A DNA stretch of 26,436 bases from Methanobacteriota archaeon (GTDB taxonomy: Archaea; Halobacteriota; Bog-38; Methanoflorentales; Methanoflorentaceae), in NCBI GenBank assembly GCA_963719035.1, contig CAVRAO010000003.1, positions 1 to 26,436 of the forward strand, written 5' to 3'. Below, one piece after another: positions 1 to 8,206 of this stretch. The position numbers and the translations under genes are program-made. Numbering within the stretch: the first letter of the stretch is position 1; each line of letters opens with the position of its first letter. Under the pieces are notes generated by a model. That model saw only the letters and a list, made by a program, of their open reading frames with translations, was not told the origin of the DNA and searched no databases.

Positions 1-1
1 G

Positions 2-364
2 CTGTGCGTTCTTGATAAAGGCGCCAAAGTCGTTGCGGGACGAGGCCAAGGCAGCCATCGCTGCGTTCTGCTGGGGGTTGTTAGCTGCGGCGTTCAAGCT
101 GTCAACCGTCCTGTTGTACGCTGCGAGCAGCGCGTTCGCGTTCTTAAAGTTGCCCTGCGTCACGTTGGCGATGATGCCGTTTGAATAAGTCGCGAGCGAC
201 TCAAAGAACGTGAGCTGTGCCGGGAAGTCAAACGCGCCGCCAGGCGTAGGGCTCACCTGCGTGTGCGAGGGCACGTCTTGCGCTGTCGCACATCCCGTCG
301 TAATAAGGAGCAAAAAGACAAATGCAGTGCACGCGATGAGGGCTTGTTCTCTGAAATGGCGCAT
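2..364 (-). CDS. Secreted/surface protein, N-terminal part (runs off window start)
   Basis: Not in the ORF track because it has no stop inside the window. Manual translation from ATG 364: MRHFREQALIACTAFVFLLLITTGCATAQDVPSHTQVSPTPGGAFDFPAQLTFFESLATYSNGIIANVTQGNFKNANALLAAYNRTVDS..., open to the edge. Basic N-terminus plus hydrophobic core and A-x-A suggests a signal peptide. GGGGT RBS-like sequence upstream; sequons NVT and NRT. Confidence 0.8.
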   Translation of the reverse strand, partial: MRHFREQALIACTAFVFLLLITTGCATAQDVPSHTQVSPTPGGAFDFPAQLTFFESLATYSNGIIANVTQGNFKNANALLAAYNRTVDSLNAAANNPQQNAAMAALASSRNDFGAFIKNAQ

Positions 365-432
365 GCCTACCCCTGTTCAATCGGCAGAGAGACGGTTTTG
401 ACGACCTAGCTGAGAATTATCGTGGAACGTAG

Positions 433-440
433 TATAAAAA
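433..440 (-). promoter_or_regulatory. Putative archaeal TATA box for the secreted-protein gene
   Basis: TTTTTATA on the minus strand, about 70 nt upstream of ATG 364. Confidence 0.45.
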
Positions 441-578
441 GGCTGCTTAGTGTGCGTCAGCGAGAAAAAATCTAAAAGCAGCGTTCGGCACGCGCGTTGT
501 GATATCCACCGTAACGCGCAATCGAACGGTAAGACCGCCCTCTAAACATATATCGATAGTCGCGTGCACGTACGCATT

Positions 579-1004
579 ATGAAAGATAACGAGACGAAAG
601 CGCGTTTTATGGAATTGCGGGGGCAAGGGCTCCCGCTAAAAAGCATAGCTGATGAAATCGGAGTTAGCAAAACGACCTTGGTCAACTGGGAACAGGACTT
701 CAAGGAGCAGATTGACAACCTCCGGGCGATGGAGCTTGAGGCGCTGTACGACAAATACTTCCTCTCGGTGCGCAAGAAAGTCGAGTTCTTTGGGGAGGTG
801 CTCAGCCAGATTCAGCGCGAACTTGAGACGCGGGACTTGTCAACGATCCAGACGGGGAAGCTGTTTGCCATGTACGCGCACTTCTATCGAGAGACGCAGC
901 ACGCGTTACCAGAGCTTGCGTTTCGCAGTGACGACGAGGTTAAGGTAGCAAGGGGCAAGCGGCTCCCAGATTCTGTTGACGTGATGCTTTATGACCACAA
1001 GTGA
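579..1004 (+). CDS. Helix-turn-helix domain protein of unknown function
   Basis: MKDNETKARFMELRGQGLPLKSIADEIGVSKTTLVNWE is a clear N-terminal HTH followed by a helical domain. ATG 579 is preferred over GTG 564 because an ATATAT box at 548-553 lies about 25 nt upstream (leaderless). Confidence 0.8.
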   Translation: MKDNETKARFMELRGQGLPLKSIADEIGVSKTTLVNWEQDFKEQIDNLRAMELEALYDKYFLSVRKKVEFFGEVLSQIQRELETRDLSTIQTGKLFAMYAHFYRETQHALPELAFRSDDEVKVARGKRLPDSVDVMLYDHK

Positions 1005-1028
1005 GCGGCAACAAGAGCACGGGAAAAG

Positions 1029-1058
1029 AAGTTGACCAAAAGTTGACCAAAACTGACC
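1029..1058. repeat. Tandem 11-bp direct repeat (2 copies plus a degenerate partial third)
   Basis: AAGTTGACCAA (1029-1039), AAGTTGACCAA (1040-1050), AACTGACC (1051-1058). Confidence 0.85.
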
Positions 1059-1189
1059 GCTTTTCTCGACCATTATATACGGCTGCCGTTTACTGCCAGC
1101 TTTGTAGGCACCCCAGGTAAGCGGCACTACGCAAGGCATGTGCGATTTGAGACCTCATGATAGGCTGTGGTCATTGCTGATAGGTCTTG

Positions 1190-1240
1190 ATATTTAAATA
1201 TTAAGTATTTTTATATAATTTTATATATAATTATAAAAAT
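1190..1240. other. AT-rich tract with palindromes
   Basis: 51 nt with a single G (1205). Contains the perfect palindrome ATATTTAAATAT (1190-1201) and the inverted repeat ATTTTTATA/TATAAAAAT (1207-1215/1232-1240). Confidence 0.8.
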
Positions 1241-1409
1241 GGGATTAACTGTTTGCTTTCATGAAGTCGCGCCTACAGAGTAGAAGAATTCCGTTTTTAT
1301 TTGAAAACATAAACTACACACCTACCGCAGCGGAAAAATATCAGTACAACAACTGCGTAGAAGACGATCAGACCAATAACAATCGCACGGCTGGCCAACA
1401 AAGCACGCT

Positions 1410-1673
1410 TCATTTCAGCATAATCGCTGTCCTTTGATACAGGATAATGACGAATATGATGGCACAGATAACGACAAATACAGCGATGTTTTTTCTCGAC
1501 GGCTTAGTGATCATAGAGGGCTTCGTCAGCTCAACGAGCACGAGAAATTCAATGATAATGAGTACAAGAAAGATCTCAAGTGTGTAGATGTTGAATAAGA
1601 CTAAAAAAGCTATCGTAACAAATGTCAGCACGAGTAGACTTAACACGAAACGCTGCGTCTGGGTGATAAGCAT
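1410..1673 (-). CDS. Small membrane protein (about 3 TM segments)
   Basis: 87 aa, almost entirely hydrophobic, with a charged loop (ELTKPSMITKPSRKN). A TATA-like TTTTTATAT lies at 1723-1731 on the minus strand. It resembles small proteins seen beside DUF2206/DUF1616 genes in archaeal glycosylation loci (recollection, not verified). Confidence 0.75.
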   Translation of the reverse strand: MLITQTQRFVLSLLVLTFVTIAFLVLFNIYTLEIFLVLIIIEFLVLVELTKPSMITKPSRKNIAVFVVICAIIFVIILYQRTAIMLK

Positions 1674-2095
1674 GCTGTTCTGCTAGAGGTTGGAGCTATC
1701 TATCGATAAACGTCAAGATTAGATATAAAAATGCCTGTAGATATGCTCGTTACCTGGATTGCGTCAGACTTCACGAGATGGACGTCGTGAATGACGGTAA
1801 ACGAGACTGACTCACTTTTTGATATGGGATCCGCGATTATACTATTAAGGAGTGACCATTCTTTACGTGAAGCTAGAAGACACGTAATTATTGTGACGGT
1901 GGTTGCAAAGAGACTAGGCAAGTTGGCGCTCATAGAGAAAAGAATGATTTCAATGTCCGCGCCCAAAAACTAGCAGCAAGCACTAGTCGGGGTCGGTCGG
2001 CTGATCTTGCGCAAGCTCACATAACTCCTCGGCATCGGAAAAGGTTCACAAAGACTATGTGGGGGCGAATGGAGACGCACTAGAGGCTAGAAAAA

Positions 2096-4287
2096 ATGCG
2101 AATGCGGAACCTGCTGCTATTGAACGATTGGGAGATCGGTAAAGCACTCCAAGCCGTTGTGCTTTTGCAAGCTGCCGTCTTGATCAGCTTGTATATGGCG
2201 CATCTAGGATTGGGTATCCTGATTGTACAGGTGCCTATCTCCTTTGTCTACCTCACCTTTGTTCCTGGCATTCTGATTCTGAGAATCTTAAAATTGCACG
2301 AGCTAGGAAACGTCAGGACGTTGCTTTACTCCACGGGATTGAGTCTCTCGTTTCTTATGGCAGTCGGGTTTTTCATGAACGCCGTTTTCCCAAAAATTGG
2401 CTTAACTCATCCCGTATCGTTCATCGACCTGGCCGCCGTGCTTACGTCGCTCGTGCTCATTTTGTGCGTGCTGAGCTACGTGCGAGACAAGGAGTTTTCG
2501 AATCCAGCCTACGTGCAGGTATCCTTTGGTGCCCTGAGCCCGCAGCTGCTGTTGTTGGCTTTGCTGCCCTTTGCAACGATTCTTGCGACTGTCTTAATGA
2601 ACTCCTACGGCACGAATGCGCTGCAAATGGTGTTGCTGTTGATCATAATGGCGATTCCGTTTTTCGTCTGTACTGGATCGGATTCCGCCGAAAAACTACG
2701 CATGTGTGCTCTTCGTCATCTCATTCTCGTTGCTCTTCCATACGGCGCTCATCTCATCGTTTGTCTGGGGCACGGACGTCATCAAAGAGATCGTTCTCGC
2801 GAGATCGGTGCTCCAAAGCGGAGCGTGGAACCTCTCACTTGCGTCGAACTATGCCGGTATGCTAAGCGTGGTGATGTTGCCACCAATCTACTCGATTTTT
2901 TCAAACGTCAGCGTGGATTTGGTGTTCAAGGTTCTCTATCCGTTCATCTACTCATTCGTCCCCCTTGGACTATTCGTTACCTACAAGGGACAAACCGGTG
3001 ATAAAGTTGCTTTTTTGTCGTCTTTTTTCTTTATGACGTTCGCCGCATTCTTCGTTACGATGCCGACCGAAGGACGAGAAGAGATAGCACAGCTCTTTCT
3101 CATTCTGATCGTGCTGCTCGTCGTTGACGATCGCGTGCGAATGGGCGAGCGATCACTGCTGCTGCTCGTGTTTGCCGCTGCCCTGGTTGTCTCCCACTAC
3201 GGCACCTCGTATTTTTTCCTGCTCATCTTGGCGGTGGCGCTCCCCGTGATATACATCGCCTTGCCACGAGTCGCTCGGGCATTCAAAGCGCGCAGCAGGC
3301 GCGGTACACAGGATATCACGATACTTGCTCTGTTTTTTGCCGCCTTCGTGCTCGCGTGGTACCTGTTACGTCAGCCCGCGTGCTCAGCCGATCGTCTCTG
3401 CGATATCACTCGGGAGTCAAATCGTCAGCAATTTCAATGAGCTGTTCAATCCGGCATACAATCAGCCTGCGGCGTATCTCACAAATCAGTTGGTGACTCT
3501 TCAGACAATCGAACGAGCCATCATCCTGTTGTCGTTTGTCCTCATTCTGGTCGGCCTTGTCGCGGTGTTAGTAGCGAGACAAGAGACGAGCTTCACCGAT
3601 GAGTTTGTTGGGTTTGCGTGTGGAAGCTGCGTATTTCTCCTCGTCGCGACGACGTTGCCACTCGTGGCACAAGCTCTGCAGAGCGACCGCATCATCAACT
3701 TGACGTTCATCTTCTTGGCACCATTTTGTATTATTGGACTCATGCGGAGTCTACGGCTTCTTGGCAGTTCAGTCGGTCACGCCGCCACAAGGTTGGGGCG
3801 ATATCGATCGCGGACGTTTGGATCGCACAAAAAAGCGATATTTGTCGCGGTATCAGTCTTTTTGGCGATATGGGTCGCATTCAACTCTGCCTTCGTTTAT
3901 CAGCTGTTCGATCAGCCAAAAGTGGGGAGATTTGCCCTCGATAACAGCGTCGATTTTCTGCGGCTCAATGAGCAAGAGCGCTCAAGTGGCGCGTGGCTCA
4001 GCGCGTACCAGCAAAAGAGCTACGTCGTCTATGCCGATAGCAACAAAGCCTCTTTGTTGCGAGGGCTGGTGGGCGACGCCGACGCCGTACGAGAGATTTC
4101 GTACTATCAGCCCGCGAGCACCGGGTTTCACCACAGCTACGTGTTTCTCGGAAGCTACAACCTCGAACACACCGAAATGCTCGTTGTAGAGTCGAGGAGC
4201 AGCACGCAGTACGTCACGAATCCAGAAATACCGCAAGCAAGCACTATTTTTGATGACGGGGGAAGCAGAGTATTGGTGGTGAATTAG
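2096..4287 (+). CDS. DUF2206-like polytopic membrane protein (putative GT-C-like), split by two +1 frameshifts
   Basis: Three overlapping ORFs (2096-3001, 2706-3440, 3325-4287) join into about 729 aa if one base is removed near 2660-2669 (IPFF|VLDRIPPKNYACVLF) and one T at 3365-3366 (LAWYL|YVSP). Motifs: LTFVPGILILRILKLH, YAGMLSVVMLPPIYS, REEIAQLF, LVVSHYGTSY; soluble C-terminal domain. Confidence 0.8.
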
Positions 4288-4294
4288 GACGATC

Positions 4295-5384
4295 ATGAGA
4301 GTAGCCATCATACCCGCGACGGGCAAAACCGGGGAATGGACCGCGAGCACGTACCTCATACGTGGCTTGCGAGCGAGAGGCGTTGACGTGCACGTAGTGC
4401 GGCACTTTGCTCTGAACCAGCCGAATACAAAGGTGTTTTTGGGCAGCTTGTTGCTGAAGCGTGTCCTAAAAGATGATGCCGTCAGTCTTATCCACAATGT
4501 GGATAACCTCGGGCCGTTTCTGTTTCGACACAAAGACCTCGGCATAAAAAAAGTGCTCACGGTGTACGATATCGCGCCCGTGATGCTGCCGCCGCAGTAT
4601 GAGCGAGCCGTGCGTGATCGAATATTTCGGTTCGATTTTACTGTTGTGCTTCCGAAGCTTATCGAAAATACAGATTTGACGATCGCAGTCAGCTATTCTA
4701 CGATGAATGATTTGATTGCAGAATTTGGGGTTAGTAAGGAAAAGCTTACAGTGATCCACTCAGGGGTCGACACGTCTTTTTTTTCACCCCAGCATAGACT
4801 ATAGCCACGTTAAGAATAAGTATGGCTTGCGGAATCCATATTTGCTGTATGTTGGCAACGACGCTCCGAGGAAGAATTTGAAAACCCTCGTTAGAGCATA
4901 CAGTCACATCTTTCAAGAAATAGCAGATGATTTGGTGCTCGTTGGACCGACGAGCGAGAGCAAAATTCGAGCGTACCTCAGTTTGAGCGACCTTCCAGCT
5001 CACCTGCGAAAGGAGGTCCAGAAGAGGATAATCGTGCTGGGATATACGTCGCGTGATGACTTGCCAAGCATTTATGGCGCGGCCACTGCTTTGATCTTCC
5101 CCTCGCTCTACGAAGGGTTTGGATTCCCACCTCTTGAAGCTATGGCGTGCAACTGTCCGGTCGCGCTCTCCAATAATAGCTCACTGAGAGAGGTTGCAGG
5201 AAAAGCAGGATTGTACATAGAAGATCCATTGAACTCCAAAGACGTCTCAGGAACCATTCTAGAGATTGTGCATAACGAACGCCTACGTGAAAGTTTACGA
5301 TCCAAAGGGTGTCGGCAGGCACACAAATTCAGTTGGGAAACTACCGTTCAAAAGACTATTGATGCATACGATGCCATTACGTAG
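4295..5384 (+). CDS. GT4 family glycosyltransferase (mannosyltransferase-like), split by +1 frameshift in a T8 run
   Basis: ORFs 4295-4804 and 4827-5384 join into 362 aa if T8 at 4777-4784 is T7 (GVDTSFFHPSIDYSHVKNKYGLRNPYLLYVG). Motifs PRKNL and FPSLYEGFGFPPLEAMACNCP. Confidence 0.88.
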
Positions 5385-5483
5385 TCAGAACGATCCAAAG
5401 GGTGTCGGCAGGCACACAAATTCAGTTGGGAAACAACCGTTCAAAAGACTATTGATGCATACGATGCCATTACGTAGTCAGAA
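5298..5483. repeat. 93-bp tandem duplication of the GT4 3' end
   Basis: 5298-5390 is repeated at 5391-5483 with one mismatch (T5342 vs A5435). Confidence 0.95.
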
Positions 5484-5585
5484 AAATAATTAACGCCGAC
5501 TTTTCAAATGGAATGTGTCAACTTGATAATGAGGCTCTTTTGGCCATCGATGCTCCGCGGAGCGAGGTAACCACTTCGATCACTT

Positions 5586-6374
5586 TTAGAAGCATTTAAC
5601 TAAAACGACAATCTGGTCACCCAACAGTTGAGGGCACAGCTTAGGTGCGCGTTCACACGCGCGCTGTGCGATGCGGATTTTGATCTTGCCTGCTGCTGAA
5701 ACGGTATTGTAAAGCTCAGATTCCCTGTAGTGCTTGAATATATTCGCGAAACGCATCCATAGAATAGTGCCACAGCACTTCTGTATCGTCTCCACGAGTG
5801 TATTAACGTTGTAAAAGTTGACGTGACCAACGTTCTGGGTCGCCGCCTCTCGACTCGAGTTTCGGCGCAAGTAATTCAACATCCTTGAGACGGGGGCGTC
5901 TTCAAGCGGCACAGTAAAAATCACGTATCTCGAAATCCGTCGCAGCTCCTCGAGCGCTCTTCTGGGGTCTGATACGTGCTCCAATACATCCAACATCAGT
6001 GATAGATCAATTTGCTTGTCGAACAAGGAAGTTTTAGTTATATCTTCTTTAAAGATGCCCCGTATGTCAGGATTATTCTTTTTTTGGATATCGAGCAACG
6101 TGGAACTCACGTCTAAAGCGAACTTAGTGACTTTTAGTCTGTGACTTTTTTCGATATACGCTGATATGTTGTTAAGAATGACTCCAGTCCCGCCGCCAAT
6201 GTCTAGCACCGCAATAATGTCTTTGTGCATTTGACGTGCGAATACGTCTATTGCGGGGGTGATCTTTGCCGTTTTCCATTGGTCACTGATACTTAACGAA
6301 GCATCCTGAACGTATCGTTCTGTCTCATAGATGCTATTTTTGTGCCTATCCGTATCCTGCATAAGCAAAGACAT
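5586..6374 (-). CDS. Class I SAM-dependent methyltransferase
   Basis: Motif I VLDIGGGTG, plus ALDVS, DVLEHVSDP and GHVNFY. The true start may be ATG 6362, 27 nt downstream of TTAAATA at 6389-6395 (minus strand). Confidence 0.9.
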   Translation of the reverse strand: MSLLMQDTDRHKNSIYETERYVQDASLSISDQWKTAKITPAIDVFARQMHKDIIAVLDIGGGTGVILNNISAYIEKSHRLKVTKFALDVSSTLLDIQKKNNPDIRGIFKEDITKTSLFDKQIDLSLMLDVLEHVSDPRRALEELRRISRYVIFTVPLEDAPVSRMLNYLRRNSSREAATQNVGHVNFYNVNTLVETIQKCCGTILWMRFANIFKHYRESELYNTVSAAGKIKIRIAQRACERAPKLCPQLLGDQIVVLVKCF

Positions 6375-6688
6375 ATCGCGACACGTGGTATTTAAGGGAC
6401 ATTGTGTCTAGTCTTGCGTGAACTCACGTTAGCGAGAATCACAATTCGACCAGAATGCGGGTATCTACTCATTCGTTACTCCTTTTCGCTATCCTGATAT
6501 GGCTAATAGCTTTGTCCTAGCAATTGTGTAATTCGGTTCAAACGCGAAACCGAACCATATTAATCATAAATCTCCACAACTCGCTTTGACTATCAAGCGC
6601 TATCCTTCAAGCACGCATTTGCGTCCCACATAAATGACGTATGACGCTACCAACAGTGCTTTATTTCGTAAAGAAGAGTTTTCCTTGA

Positions 6689-7957
6689 ATGGGGGCGGAA
6701 GCAACTGTGAAAAAAAAGGTCGTATTGATAAATACGCATTCCCTGTCTTCCTTGTTCCCACAGCTGAACCTCATGTCGGATCTGGAGACCTTACCTTACA
6801 AAGGTGGATGGCATGTTCTATTGGCGGAGCAAATTTCAAAAATAACCAACAAATATGACCTTGAATGTTGGGGCATGGAAGCCCGATTGGGCGAGCGATT
6901 TGAATTTGAGAGGGAAGATATCACATACCGATTTTTTCCTTCTTCACATTTAGGAACTGCAACTACAAACATAGGCGAGTGCTCGTGGCCACTATTACGG
7001 CATCTTAAAAGAGTCACCCGACAGCAAGATACATTAATTCACTTGCATACTGCGTTTAGCTGGACTACATTCTTGACGCCACTGATTGTCAAACACGTGC
7101 CACTAGTAGTCCAACATCACGGAGAGAAGTCAAACCTGCAACTGTTTCAAGATACTTCGGGGATTAAGAGATATTTTTACCTCTTGTTCTATCTTCTGAA
7201 GGCGCAGTTTCTATTTGAACGACTGGCACTTCCGCGAATTGATCACTTTTTTGTGCTCAATGAAGCCACGGAACGGTATTTGGGCAATCTCGTGAGCACG
7301 GAAAAAATTCAACGGCTTACGATGGGCGTCGACTTTACGCGGTTCAGAAAACTGGACAAGACCCAAGCAAGAAAAGCCTTGAACCTAGAACTAAACAAAA
7401 AATACATCCTTTTCGTGGGTTCACTCGTAGAGCGAAAAGGGCTGAAGTACCTTGTTCTAGCCATTCCAAAGATTCTCCAACCGTTTCCGAATACGGAACT
7501 TATGCTGATCGGGGAAGGCAGCTATAAAGAGGCTCTTTTCGATTTGGTGAAGGATCTTAGAATTGAAGATCATGTTCGCGTTATGCCCCAAAGCAATAGC
7601 GATACTCGAGTGCGAGATGCGGAATTGCCCCTCTACTACAATTCAGCAGATGTATTCGTTCTCCCATCTTTGATTGAAGGGCTAGGCGTCGTCGGAATAG
7701 AAGCAATGGCATGTGAAACGCCCTTTGTGGGAACCAACGTCGACGGCATTCCGTCTCTAGTGGATCGGTTCAAGGCAGGCACGCTAATCCCTCCAAAGGA
7801 CGCCGACTCAATTGCCCAGGCAGTCATTAATTGTTTGCAAAAGTCAGGTTCAATCGCAATCGATAGAGAGGCTGCACGAAAAGCCTACGATTGGCCTAAC
7901 ATTGCTCAAAAAACGATCCGCGTGTATGATACGCTTTTTCAGCAGTACGGCAAGTGA
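6689..7957 (+). CDS. GT4 family glycosyltransferase
   Basis: ILFVGSLVERKG and ADVFVLPSLIEGLGVVGIEAMACETP (E-x7-E); 422 aa GT-B fold. Confidence 0.92.
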   Translation: MGAEATVKKKVVLINTHSLSSLFPQLNLMSDLETLPYKGGWHVLLAEQISKITNKYDLECWGMEARLGERFEFEREDITYRFFPSSHLGTATTNIGECSWPLLRHLKRVTRQQDTLIHLHTAFSWTTFLTPLIVKHVPLVVQHHGEKSNLQLFQDTSGIKRYFYLLFYLLKAQFLFERLALPRIDHFFVLNEATERYLGNLVSTEKIQRLTMGVDFTRFRKLDKTQARKALNLELNKKYILFVGSLVERKGLKYLVLAIPKILQPFPNTELMLIGEGSYKEALFDLVKDLRIEDHVRVMPQSNSDTRVRDAELPLYYNSADVFVLPSLIEGLGVVGIEAMACETPFVGTNVDGIPSLVDRFKAGTLIPPKDADSIAQAVINCLQKSGSIAIDREAARKAYDWPNIAQKTIRVYDTLFQQYGK

Positions 7958-8206
7958 TAACCCATTGCTGGCAGCTTAGAATATTGAACGAAACGAAAAA
8001 GCGAAACCCAGCGCAATGTGAGAAACACACTCAGTGTACCAGTCACGGAAGAACGACGGATGAACACTTACAACGCCGCGAAACTGCGCCACATGGAAAT
8101 CAACCGTAGAACTTTGTGTAGTCACCAAAAACGGGTCGGGCCCGTAAACAAGGGTCTCACTGAAACTCACGCGCGTTGCTTTTAGGTGGCGACTGCTGAA
8201 ACGTAC

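Noticed and set aside
1029-1058. CRISPR mini-array (also considered for 18170-18203)
   Set aside because: The repeats are too short, have no spacers, and no cas genes are present.
1207-1240. Xer/dif site
   Set aside because: It does not fit the 11-6-11 arm-spacer-arm geometry, and low complexity explains much of the symmetry.
1700-1973. ORFs 1700-1966 (-) and 1791-1973 (+), including a possible DUF1616 remnant
   Set aside because: No recognisable motifs. The minus ORF has a TTG start and runs over the TATA box of the 87-aa gene.
2464-2865. Alternative-frame and antisense ORFs overlapping the called genes (this one and many others in the track)
   Set aside because: They are shadows of well-supported CDSs. 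The DUF2206-like junction is explained by a single +1 shift without using this frame.
5298-5483. DGR variable/template repeat pair (3'-of-gene copy, mismatch at an A in the downstream copy)
   Set aside because: There is only one mismatch and it is synonymous. The copies are directly tandem, no reverse transcriptase is in the window, and a GT4 tail is not a typical DGR target fold.
5382-5492. UAG (pyrrolysine) readthrough extending the GT4 through the in-frame duplicate
   Set aside because: TAG ends several full-length genes here (DUF2206-like, neuA, flippase, hisF-like), and no gene needs an internal TAG to be read through.
7976-8170. 64-aa minus-strand ORF after the GT-B gene
   Set aside because: GTG start, no motif, and a T-rich end more consistent with a terminator region between convergent genes.
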